The translations under genes and the position numbers were made by a program. DNA of 64,000 nt, from NCBI GenBank assembly GCA_000004985.1, contig GG738895.1; one strand, written 5' to 3'. Below the pieces are notes generated by a model. That model worked only from the letters and a program-made list of their open reading frames with translations. It had not been told where the DNA came from and ran no database searches. The DNA comes from Naegleria gruberi (taxonomy: Eukaryota). This document shows, one piece after another, positions 54,801 through 64,000 of this stretch. The first letter of the stretch is position 1, and every line of letters begins with the position of its first letter.

Positions 54801-54842
54801 AAACAAGTCACACAAGAATGTGTCTAGAAATTGTGTTGACAT
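45857..54842 (-). CDS. Giant protein of about 2940 aa from an uncharacterised family, with a GEGKSS P-loop-like motif (DUF3638/DUF3645-like). Rebuilt from four ORF-track fragments.
   Basis: Exons 54842..51563, 51522..50504, 50436..49045 and 48997..45857, all in phase. The introns are 40 nt (GTAAGT..AAATAG), 67 nt (GTACAA..TTATTTTCAG, weak donor, least certain) and 47 nt (GTATGT..TTGCAG). The NMGEGKSSVIIPM motif opens the last exon. Confidence 0.6.
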
Positions 54843-54899
54843 TTTTTTGATTATTGACTTCTGACTACTCGCCTACAACACTCTTATTGATAATTAGGA

Positions 54900-54990
54900 G
54901 GTTGTGAATTCCCAACCTCTTCTGTTTATGTTTTCCGAAGGGTTGGGAAGTCTAACAAATTTTTTCCGAAGGTTGGGAAGTCTGAACATT
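54900..54990. promoter_or_regulatory. Second copy of the 19-nt element GGTTGTGAATTCCCAACCT, about 58 nt upstream of the giant-gene ATG, followed by two tandem units of about 32 nt that each carry the half-site GGTTGGGAAG.
   Basis: Exact 19-mer at 54900..54918. The tandem units are TTTTCCGAAGGGTTGGGAAGTCTAACAAA and TTTTTCCGAAGGTTGGGAAGTCTGAACATTT. Confidence 0.6.
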
Positions 54991-55040
54991 TTTTTAATTT
55001 TTCGGAGTGCAATATTGGCGGCTTTGAAAGATTGTTGGTG

Positions 55041-57686
55041 TTAAAATAATCCATCCTCAATCCATTGAATGGCTGTACGTCGATCTTCTGTGAAAACCAC
55101 TCTAGTAATTGCCTCTCCTTCTTTTTCATGAACAGTGAGATAACCAGATCCTCTATCCCTCAGAATGGCTTCACTCTTCTGTTTCTGAAAGGTGTTTGCA
55201 GTGTTAACAGAGTAGCATAAATCCTTGCAATAAGTATCGCATCCATAAAACGATTCCTGCTGACACACGTTGGAAATCATGCTGTCGTCACTGTAGTAAG
55301 TGCTATCGGATGAGTGAATGCTTTCACCATCGTAATCAGGATCCATTTCTTCTTCCGTTTCATCATCTAAATAAACAGATTCAAATTGATCTTCAATAAC
55401 ATCGACTAGGGTTTTGAGAATTGTGTCGTCTTGAATGAAATTTCTCAATTGTTCATGAACTTGCTCTGGTTGTAAATTCAAATTTTCCACAAACTCATCT
55501 CTGAACCTCTGGAGATTATAAGTTTTCCTAGAGTTCATAAAAGAAAAGTACTCTTGAATTAGCTCTGTTTTAGACGCTACCAAAATGTGGGCCAAAGTGA
55601 TATCACTTGCAATAACATAATCTCTTCCAGAAAACTCTGCAATATCTTGAGCTAGTTTGAAATTATTGGCTAAAAATTGCTCACTTGCTTGTTGGATGAG
55701 CATCTTGCCATTTGGAAGTACATTTGTATCATTTTTGTAATCCATGAGAACTTCTTCAATTAATAAATTAATACGTGCTTTAGGAAGAATTAAATCTTTT
55801 CTTGTTATGAATTCTGGACCAAGACCTTGTGAGATTGAATCTTCCTTTTCATCATCTATAGTTTCATTCTCGTCCTGAATTTCATCCTCTTCAGCAGGTG
55901 GTTTTGAATTTGGTCTTCTTTTTAATATTTTAATAAGTGGCCAGTTGTCTTCGTCATAGGGTAGCTCACTAAAAGAGTTTGTTTCCTCTAAATACTCTCC
56001 TTGATAGGGATTCCATCTTACTAGTTCGAGTTCTTCGAGGGGTTTTCTAATTTTTCTCAAATTTTCATTATATATATAATCCGTATATGGATTTCTCTTT
56101 CGCTTCAAAGAGGTTTGATTTTTGACCTGACTTTCAAGCCATTCATAAGACAAGCCGTACTCACTTTCAGATTCGTCAGAAATATAATCATCGTATTCAT
56201 ATGATCTTTCGAGCCATGTTTCCACAGTAACAAACTCTTTCAAAGGTTCATGCTCTTCTTTTTCTCTCCATTGCACCGAAGTGGAATATTCATCTCCACC
56301 ATCAAACCAAACATCTGCATCCATTTTCTCCAAAGAAAGTTTGTGAATATCATTCAGTCTATCTACTTCCTTAATTTTTTCATTGATTTTGATAGCTACT
56401 TTGATATCTCCATACTTTTCTTGAAGAAGCCTATATATTTTTTCCTTTTCAGAGCTTTCATCAATTTGAGATAGAATACAAGGTGTAAGTCTCTTACCAT
56501 TATAAATAATTCTTGATTGTACAAAAGGGTTCGCAAAATACTTGTTAATTAACAAGTCGGAGATTTCAACATTTCCTCTTTGGATGGAATAATGAAGAGC
56601 TGTCAGACCAGCTGCATCATGAATGTATGTTTTCACATGCGCTTCAAGAGGAACATTTAAACTTGGATTATTAGAAATATTGGCAAGATTAGAATGGAAT
56701 TTAGTGCCCACATTCAGACACCACTCTAATAGAGTCGAACTACTGATCCAAACAGCCAAGTGTTGTAAATAAAAGCTCTTTGACATTGGAGGTATCAAGA
56801 ACTCTAAGGACTCTGTTCTCTTAAAATTCATCTTAATGCCAACATCACAAAATCTCATTCTTTCCACCTTGATTCCACAATCTCTAAGTCTTTTCATAAT
56901 TTGGGTTACCATACAAGTGCTGCTACCATCAATCAAAGTATTGATACCATTAAACTTTTCTACAATATATAACAAGTACTTTCTTGGAATACAAGAGGAA
57001 ATACCATCCAATTCATTCCAACATGTTGTGATATCGTCAAATAGACTTGGTGTTTCAATAACATTCAATAGATTTGTATTGAACACAATCTGATCATTCC
57101 ACTCAATTTCATTTGGTTTCTCCTCCCAAGAATTCACCAATTTAACAGCAGGTTCCAATAATTTCTCAAAAAACATTTCAATCATAACATTAACTTGATT
57201 CGATCCAAGATGAGCCAGCATCTCTCTTCCAATACATACCTGAATCAAAGCTTTCAACATTAGAATATTTTCTTCTGTTGATGAATATGCATCAAGCCAC
57301 TCTGCAAATTTTTCAAATAAATTGCCTTGCTCATCATCATCCGATTCATAACAAATCAACTCATCATTACCTTTGTAATAGACAACCAACTGATCATCAT
57401 GTTTAGTAAAGTCCTTGAATTTGTTTCTTTGTGTTCGGAACAATAATTTATCAATGAAGGCATGAGTTGGAAAGTACATTCCTACAATATCAAAATATTC
57501 CTTGTTTCTAAATTGACTCAAAAAGGGCTGCCAAAAACCTTCCCGATCCTCACTTATTACTCGGAAGGTTTTATTGATATGTCTAAAGGTGAGAATTTGA
57601 CGAAATAATTGATAGGGATCGCATTGCAAGTAAAAGATGTTTTGCAAAATTTCACAGGGAAGATCGTCAAGGTTGGGTGAAACCAT
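55041..57686 (-). CDS. F-box-like/ankyrin-repeat protein (881 aa).
   Basis: N-terminal LPCEILQNIFYLQCDPYQLFRQILTFRHINKTF. Ankyrin repeat AAGLTALHYSIQRGNVEISDLL. Acidic stretches. Confidence 0.55.
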   Translation of the reverse strand: MVSPNLDDLPCEILQNIFYLQCDPYQLFRQILTFRHINKTFRVISEDREGFWQPFLSQFRNKEYFDIVGMYFPTHAFIDKLLFRTQRNKFKDFTKHDDQLVVYYKGNDELICYESDDDEQGNLFEKFAEWLDAYSSTEENILMLKALIQVCIGREMLAHLGSNQVNVMIEMFFEKLLEPAVKLVNSWEEKPNEIEWNDQIVFNTNLLNVIETPSLFDDITTCWNELDGISSCIPRKYLLYIVEKFNGINTLIDGSSTCMVTQIMKRLRDCGIKVERMRFCDVGIKMNFKRTESLEFLIPPMSKSFYLQHLAVWISSSTLLEWCLNVGTKFHSNLANISNNPSLNVPLEAHVKTYIHDAAGLTALHYSIQRGNVEISDLLINKYFANPFVQSRIIYNGKRLTPCILSQIDESSEKEKIYRLLQEKYGDIKVAIKINEKIKEVDRLNDIHKLSLEKMDADVWFDGGDEYSTSVQWREKEEHEPLKEFVTVETWLERSYEYDDYISDESESEYGLSYEWLESQVKNQTSLKRKRNPYTDYIYNENLRKIRKPLEELELVRWNPYQGEYLEETNSFSELPYDEDNWPLIKILKRRPNSKPPAEEDEIQDENETIDDEKEDSISQGLGPEFITRKDLILPKARINLLIEEVLMDYKNDTNVLPNGKMLIQQASEQFLANNFKLAQDIAEFSGRDYVIASDITLAHILVASKTELIQEYFSFMNSRKTYNLQRFRDEFVENLNLQPEQVHEQLRNFIQDDTILKTLVDVIEDQFESVYLDDETEEEMDPDYDGESIHSSDSTYYSDDSMISNVCQQESFYGCDTYCKDLCYSVNTANTFQKQKSEAILRDRGSGYLTVHEKEGEAITRVVFTEDRRTAIQWIEDGLF

Positions 57687-57871
57687 TTTTTTTCAAAGTT
57701 GACTCATAATATCAATCCACTTTACATACAGATATTCCATTGTAAACTTCACCAATGCATTATTGATTTCTTATTGTTTCAATTTTTACCGCCATTTTTC
57801 TGAATGACTATTTAGATTGGAGCGATTAGATCACACCAAAAATCAGCGCTGAAAATTCACTTTGAAAAAAA

Positions 57872-60095
57872 ATGTTCCCGCTGCAATCTAGGTTATCTTT
57901 CAAGGCATCCTTGTCGAGAATCGCAAGTAGTGGCTTGTTGTTGTTCTTATTGTTTGCTGTTGTTTTGGAATGCTCCTGCTTGATGAGTGTTGTATTGGCT
58001 GCTGCTAATCGTGGAAAGATCAATATTTTACAACAATCAAAGATGATCAAGAATAATAACAAGGCTCCTTCTGTTATTGTTGGAAAAGAAGCTGGATTTA
58101 TTGTTCCACCATTGGAATCGTATGGTGCTGCTCCGTATCCAGAATATGCTCATCACCATTTGGTGTGGATTAATGGAGAGAAACAAAGTCAACAGGGAAT
58201 TATTAATTTGGTAAATTCTTACCTTGCTAATGGTATTCCTGTTGGATCAGTGGATTTGGAGGCTGGTTGGAGTACTGGCATTAATAATTTTGTGCCAAAT
58301 CAGTAAGTTTTGTATTGTTGGAATAATGTGAAATATTCTATAATTCATTCTGATTCAACAGAAGTAAATTCCCAAACCTTTACCAATTGGTCAAGCAATT
58401 ACACAAGATGAATGTAAAGGTATTTTGTTGGGCTACACCATTGGTCAATACTGATTCTCCAAATTATAAGGATGGATACAATCGTGGATATTATTTGAAT
58501 GGAGGAAGAGAAATTGAATGGTGGAAAGGACGCGGAAGTTTCATTGATTATAGTAATCCTGATGCTGTTAATTGGTGGCATAATCAATTGGATAATGTAT
58601 TGATTTTGAACAAGACTGATGGAGAAGGAATTGATGGATGGGTAGGTTTGAATATTTCAATTTACAATAGTTAACAAAAATCTTAAAGAAAACTGACGGT
58701 ACTGATCCATATCTCTATGAATTGTTACCTTACATCTACGGTAAAAAAGGAAAAATTTCAGAATCTGATTATTCCAGCATGTATTACAATGATTACTTGT
58801 CTTATTCTCAAAAAGTTAGAGGACTTGATAATGCCTTGCTTGTTTCTAGAGCAACTGATTCATTCCTTGGAGCTGCCTTCTTTAAATTCGCCCCAAGAGA
58901 TGTTGTTTTTAATGGATGGGTTGGTAACAAGTATGCAAACTATTTCGGCTTGAAGGAAACTGTGAAAAACATGTTCCACTCTTCGTGGGATAATTATGTT
59001 GGATTCACCACTGAAATTGCTGGTTATTCTGGAATGAGAGCTGATGATAAGGTATTATATATTAGATGGTTCCAATTGGCAGCCTTTACAAGTGCAATGC
59101 ACAATGGAGGGTATGATCTTCATGAACGTAAGTACTGAATTATTTGCAAGATCTGACATTGAATTTTATCTAGCTTGGCTTTTCAATGATGCCAACGTAA
59201 CTGCTCTCTACAGAAAATTCACTCAAGCTCACATGGAAATTGTTCCTTATTTATACACAACTGGTATTTCAGCATATGCTTCTAAAACTAGTATGATTTC
59301 TCCGCTCAAGTAAGTTTGAAATTCTTTTTCTTTATACTAACTCTCAAAAGTTCACATACAATTTTGGATCCAAGTATTTGGACATTCTACCTTGGAACAG
59401 ATATGCTCGTCAATCCAATCTTTGATTTCCCGGGAGAAGTAAATGTGTTCTTCCCATTTGGAACATGGGTTGATTACTTTGATCATGACATGTCATTTGG
59501 AGGTGGTGTTGTCCCAATGTTCAATATCACTTTCAATTACACTCTCACATTAACTGATTTCCCAGCCTATTACAGAGCTGGTAGTATTTTACCATTGAAT
59601 ATTACTACAAATCATGTCAATGTGTTTGGTAATGCTAAAAGAAATGCTGGATATTTAACCTTGGCCATTCACTATCCAATTGTTGACCAAGTCCAAGAAA
59701 AGGTAATCTATTCTCACGGTATTAAAGTTACCTATTTGAGAAAGACAATTGACAATACAATGATTATTGAAATATCAGCTCCAAATGGTTTCAGAGGAGA
59801 ACATGCTGATAGAAATCTCAAATACTTGTTGGATATTCGTGGATTACTTCCATCTCACTTTGAAGGATACACAGTTTCTCAATACTCAATGGATGCTGAC
59901 AAGTTTGTCGAGATGAGCAAACACAAATTATCCAATGATTTTAACAATTCAAAAGAAAGCTCATTCCACCACAATGAAAATCCATCCTTCTACACTCTTC
60001 GTAAACCAAACGGAAAGCGTTTGAAATTGAAACAACAACACTTGTGGATTAAGGTTCATGATGTCAGTAAGGGTGTTAGAATTTTGATTAAATAA
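57872..60095 (+). CDS. Secreted glycoside hydrolase family 31 (alpha-glucosidase/alpha-xylosidase-like), five exons.
   Basis: Exons 57872..58302, 58365..58641, 58689..59127, 59174..59309 and 59351..60095. The introns are 62, 47, 46 and 41 nt, all GTAAGT or GTAGGT ... AG; the last contains TACTAAC. Signal peptide present. GH31-like FPNLYQLVKQLHKMNVKVFCWATP and GIDGW|KTDGTDP, compared with the YicI nucleophile motif VDCFKTDFGE. Confidence 0.65.
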
Positions 60096-60395
60096 ATCCC
60101 AAACAGTTACAATCAAGTTTAATCATATAATTCTAATACAACAAACACTTTATGTGGGATCTAATACAACAAACAATTAGAATTCCATATTGTTATGGAA
60201 TAAATTTGTCAGTTGTTAGAAATCGTTACAATGAAACTGAAGTTCTTTGTCAAGTGAAATCACTGACGCAGAACCGTCTTCATTGTCGCTTCAGGACTTC
60301 ACACGTCAAACAAAAAACAGAAACTTTTAAAAAAAATCCATAACACCTACCAGTTGAATCTGCAAGAAACAACATTCACACCAACAAAACAACAA

Positions 60396-61433
60396 ATGTC
60401 AAAATCACCAAGAGAATACAAGCCACTAATCAGAGGAGACACCATCCAGCTTAGAATCATCAACGGTTTTGATCTGGAAGCAGCCGATGCGAATGGACTG
60501 AGTGATCCATTTATTATAGGAGAAACTGTTGATCCACAATTATTAAAATTCGATAAATTCAAGACGAAAATAATGAAAAAGACATTGTCACCTGTTTGGA
60601 ATGAAACTTTTGATTTGGGGAGTGTAAAGTTGACTTGTGGAAAGATTTTAGTTAAATTAACAGTGATGGATTGGGATAGATTTTCAAAAGATGTAGGTTT
60701 TAATAGTTTCCTTTTTGGGAAATATAGTAATTTCTAATTTTGGAAAATTTAGGATTTTATTGGAGAAACAATTATCGAAATTGATGGAAGTTTGCAAATC
60801 AATAGAGAAACAATTAGGGATTATCAATTAGAAAAAGTCAGTACTGGAACTGTCAAAATTGGAATTACCGTCACTCGTCCAGAAGACACTGCTCAAATTT
60901 TATCAATTGCCCAAAAAATACTTAGAGATACAACTCATTATCATGAATTATTGTCAAATCAGAATTTTATTTTATCATGTACCATTCCTGGTTGTTTCTC
61001 ATCTGCTGAAGTTAAGGCAGATCGAGTGACATCTGTCATTGCAAAAAATCATGAAACATTTTCATTACAAATTTACAATTTATCATTAATGAGCTATGAT
61101 CAGGAAAGAGTAAAGATGGTTCATGAGGAGGTTTTTAAAGTAGGAAAGGATTTGACAGTTATTGAAAAAGATTCGGATATTACACCAATTTTTGCAACCT
61201 TATTTGCTGCTCCAATATTTGAGAAAGTTCACCTTTCGATTTTCAAATACGAAAGGGATACCATTGGAAAGACATTGTATGTCTATGCACTGAAACCAAA
61301 ACAATTTCACATGATGATTGCTATGGTTTATTCAACTTCAGAATCTCACATTTCAACTGAGAGAGAATTGCTATTACAATATGTGGCAACTAAAATGAAT
61401 ATTACTGAATTACAACACACAACCAATCAATAA
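60396..61433 (+). CDS. C2-domain protein, two exons (about 326 aa).
   Basis: Exon 1 is 60396..60692, then a 60-nt GTAGGT..TTTAG intron, then exon 2 at 60753..61433. C2 signature DPFIIGETV...KTLSPVWNETFDL...DWDRFSKD|DFIGETIIEIDG. Confidence 0.7.
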
Positions 61434-61586
61434 ATGATTGTTTTAATTAATGCATACTTTATATTTATTTATTTTGTTATTTACAGTGATTACTACCTTG
61501 AGGCAAAGAAATAGATATATGTGTTCAATAAATATTGAAGAGACATATTACAGACTCTATGCTTGATTCTCTTCCACAATTAGTGA

Positions 61587-62762
61587 TTATTTCTCATTCA
61601 ATTTCTGTTCCATGAACAGGTTTTCGTTTTCGATCAGTTCCTGCTCCTCCAGGGAATAACTTTCTTTAAGCTCCAAATAAATTTCATAAAAAGCTCCAAA
61701 CCATGAGAGGACAGAACATGCCACATTCTTGAAATGTTCAACATTATGACCACAATGAACACCTACTATTCTGCTGGAAAATTTGTGTGACTGGATATAG
61801 TCTTTGAAAGCAGTTTTGTTCTTTTGCAAAATATCAGATGTTCTATAAAGATCCATAAACTCATTGACTTGATGGTTTCCTATAAATATTGGCCCACCAG
61901 AGCTAGATTCGGTCGTTGTAGCATTGTGGAAGATCTTATTTTCCTTAATATCAGTGATCCACCCAAGTGAAAATTCTACCGCTTCCTTTGGTATCATTCT
62001 ACTCAGTGTTAAAAAATCAATGCCTATTTCTTTTGCTTTCATTTCTATTGACTTTAAAGATGGAGAACATAAACCAACAAGTAAAATGTTGTAAACATCA
62101 TCCTCGCCTGTAGATTCATTAGCTGCAAGCGAGGGTGAGGGTATAACATTTCCTCCAAATTGATCTTTAGAAATGCTACAATCTGATCCCTCAAACGAAA
62201 GCAAAGCCCAATCTTGCGAAACATTGTTCCTCTCATATTTTCCACATTTTACAACCTTGCACGAGATGGAATCTGTTCTCTCAAATAAATCTCTGACATT
62301 AGTAAAACTAACAACTAGATTTTTCACTTCAAAATCTACTCCATCTTTGCTCTGGTGAGACACAACACAATGAGCACAAGTTATCAAGTAATTAATTGAA
62401 TTCTCTCTAAATGGTGATATTAGAAAGGCTGTTCCTGTGGTAATTACTTGTTGCAAGGGTTTGTTTGGTTGAGTCAGTTCCATCTCGGCAACAATGGTGC
62501 ACGTTCTTTGTTTTAAATACTTTAAATGTTGATTGCAATTGTAGCATCTAATATACTTTGGAAGAATGTATTGATGGTGGACTGTATCATCACATTCATC
62601 ATTAGTACCTGATTTCCAATTTGGGTCCTTCTTAAAAATTAGAGTTTCAGAAGAACAATCCTCATCACCAGCTGGTTGATTGTTTAGGTGTGAATTACTA
62701 ACAACAAAATTAAGATTCAAAATTTCCAACTCTTCAACAAAATCCTCCTCTGTTGAATGCAT
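61587..62762 (-). CDS. Trypsin-like (PA clan) serine peptidase-domain protein with a Cys-containing N-terminal region.
   Basis: His motif YLITCAHCVVSH. Asp context QDWALLSFEG. Ser motif TTESSSGGPIFIG, where canonical is GDSGGP. Confidence 0.55.
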   Translation of the reverse strand: MHSTEEDFVEELEILNLNFVVSNSHLNNQPAGDEDCSSETLIFKKDPNWKSGTNDECDDTVHHQYILPKYIRCYNCNQHLKYLKQRTCTIVAEMELTQPNKPLQQVITTGTAFLISPFRENSINYLITCAHCVVSHQSKDGVDFEVKNLVVSFTNVRDLFERTDSISCKVVKCGKYERNNVSQDWALLSFEGSDCSISKDQFGGNVIPSPSLAANESTGEDDVYNILLVGLCSPSLKSIEMKAKEIGIDFLTLSRMIPKEAVEFSLGWITDIKENKIFHNATTTESSSGGPIFIGNHQVNEFMDLYRTSDILQKNKTAFKDYIQSHKFSSRIVGVHCGHNVEHFKNVACSVLSWFGAFYEIYLELKESYSLEEQELIENENLFMEQKLNEK

Positions 62763-62913
62763 TTTTTAGGTTGAGATCACAACCAATTTTGATCTTAGAG
62801 GTCGCCTTAATACTGAGTGAAAGAACCTAAATTTTGCAAGCTAACCCACGCACACAGTTGTCGGACCAGCAAAGACGTAATGTGCAAACTAACAATAATT
62901 GTTTTCCTATTTT

Positions 62914-64000
62914 TTATTGGAATGGAGAAACTGATGACCTAGGGGATGATGTTGCAGGAGAATCTGGAGTGTTATTGCCAGCAGAAGTACGGGAAGTTAA
63001 AGGAGCATCCGAGGTACGAATATCTGTCATTCTGGATCTTCTGTGTTGTAACTCTCTGAAGGAGACTTCTGATTGAATGACATCTTCAGAGGAGGTGGAA
63101 ACGAATAGTGGACTCACAGATTTACGAGGTGTATCAATTTCTATATTCATTTCTTCTCTCAATACTTCCACAACTTGTTTGTAATGATTACTAGTGACAA
63201 ATCTTTCATAAGTGTCGATCATTAGGAGGGAAATTACTCTTTGAATAGGGTCGAAAATGTCAGCTCTAATGCTGTCGTCATTTTCATTTAAAAGCTCCAC
63301 TTCAATTTCCTTTACCATTCTTCGAGAGAGGTTTAGTTCTCTCTCAGATCCTAAGCGTAAGTACTCGTCATAGATCTTTCTTCCTTCCTCGAGTTGTTTT
63401 GAAGAATCCATTAGGGCTTTATATTCCTCAACACGTGCCCAGAAAAGAATATTCTCCTCAGAGTGTTCCAGCTCACAATAGGAAACAAAATAGGGTCTCA
63501 GTTTTTCGCTCGATCTAATAACTTCCAACTCTACATTAACTTCCTTATTGTCATCATTGCTAATATTGGAAGGAATATTGAGTGAGGAATTGTACTTGTA
63601 CTCAATTGTTATATCATCAACATCACGTTGCTTTAGAATACAAATCTTATTTGATACATTGGTATCCAGATATTTGAACAGGTATTCCATTAGATCTTTT
63701 TGTGAACCAAAATCATCTTTGAACCACTCGAAAATCTTGGATACATAAATGGTGTTGGTCTCCAAATCAATTCTAGTCTCTCTTTGGATGTATTCTCTGG
63801 TGGCCTTATCAATTTCACTTTCCATATTTTCCAAGGTGAAGAGATTAAACTTTGGAGAACCCATATCGGCTCTGAAAAGACAAAAATGGATTCTTGGATC
63901 AAATTCTGGAATTCTCAAATTACTGATAGCGTTGAGAAGTGGATTGTCATCCTCACTTGATGTCTTGAATAACTTTTCCCTAAACGATGAGGATATCGAG
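62914..64000 (-). CDS. RGS-domain protein. The 5' end lies beyond the window edge: the frame stays open to nt 64000, and the track start at 63918 is a TTG.
   Basis: RGS signature HSEENILFWARVEEYKALMDSSKQLEEGRKIYDEYL. The Ser/Thr/Pro-rich C-terminus ends at 62914. Confidence 0.7.
   Translation of the reverse strand, partial: SISSSFREKLFKTSSEDDNPLLNAISNLRIPEFDPRIHFCLFRADMGSPKFNLFTLENMESEIDKATREYIQRETRIDLETNTIYVSKIFEWFKDDFGSQKDLMEYLFKYLDTNVSNKICILKQRDVDDITIEYKYNSSLNIPSNISNDDNKEVNVELEVIRSSEKLRPYFVSYCELEHSEENILFWARVEEYKALMDSSKQLEEGRKIYDEYLRLGSERELNLSRRMVKEIEVELLNENDDSIRADIFDPIQRVISLLMIDTYERFVTSNHYKQVVEVLREEMNIEIDTPRKSVSPLFVSTSSEDVIQSEVSFRELQHRRSRMTDIRTSDAPLTSRTSAGNNTPDSPATSSPRSSVSPFQ

Noticed and set aside
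49027-54842. Calling ORFs 51516..54842, 50375..51484, 49027..50427 and 45857..49003 as four separate genes
   Set aside because: The gaps between them are 0-30 nt, contain splice signals that restore the frame, and leave no promoters. The combined size matches the roughly 3000-aa GEGKS-motif family.
1-64000. Reading the window as prokaryotic (operons, defence islands, CRISPR)
   Set aside because: There are canonical GT-AG introns with GTAAGT donors. Catalytic motifs are split across exons. Poly-Ser and poly-Asn tracts are present. The families are exclusively eukaryotic (G-alpha, RGS, SCAMP, MRG, F-box, ankyrin, CAAX-Ras, QCR7). There are no repeat-spacer arrays or Shine-Dalgarno-spaced gene strings.

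Overview
This is a eukaryotic window, not a prokaryotic one. It is AT-rich (about two-thirds A+T by eye) and gene-dense on both strands. Introns are spliceosomal GT-AG of roughly 32-290 nt, mostly 40-120 nt. Donors seen are GTAAGT, GTAGGT, GTATGT and GTAAAT; one intron carries a TACTAAC branch-point motif. Coding regions contain poly-Ser and poly-Asn tracts, and the domain families are typically eukaryotic (G-alpha, RGS, Ras, F-box, ankyrin, C2, RCC1, SCAMP, MRG, TOP3). The source looks like a low-GC protist (amoeboid or heterolobosean) or an early-diverging fungus; I cannot assign it more precisely from sequence alone. There are no CRISPR arrays, rRNA genes or obvious mobile elements. I support about 33 protein-coding genes, several rebuilt by joining ORF-track fragments across short introns, plus two tRNA-Glu(UUC) genes. 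The genes are: a PAS-containing class III nucleotidyl cyclase (5' end outside the window); a 1914-aa DExH-box SF2 helicase; a hypothetical 607-aa protein; an F-box/LRR protein; SelO; a divergent G-alpha; two F-box/ankyrin proteins and an ankyrin protein; a receptor-like protein with a degenerate cyclase domain; a small hypothetical protein; an MKP-type phosphatase; a four-exon TauE/SafE transporter; a Zn2Cys6 transcription factor; tRNA-Glu; SCAMP; an MRG/Eaf3-like protein; QCR7; TOP3; a Ras-like GTPase with Q61P; two hypothetical proteins; tRNA-Glu; another hypothetical protein; an RCC1-repeat protein; a secreted Cys-rich protein; phytochelatin synthase; a roughly 2940-aa GEGKS-motif giant protein (DUF3638/DUF3645-like) rebuilt from four ORFs; an F-box/ankyrin protein; a secreted five-exon GH31 glycosidase; a C2-domain protein; a trypsin-like peptidase; and an RGS protein (5' end outside the window). 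The most interesting signals are: an exact 19-nt near-palindromic element about 60 nt upstream of both the DExH helicase and the giant GEGKS gene, with tandem half-site copies at the second site; the uncharacterised giant gene itself; a pseudo-cyclase receptor; a G-alpha and a Ras protein that both lack the catalytic Gln; two introns of exactly 32 nt; a nested inverted-repeat element between convergent genes; and identical tRNA-Glu genes in inverted orientation with conserved flanks.
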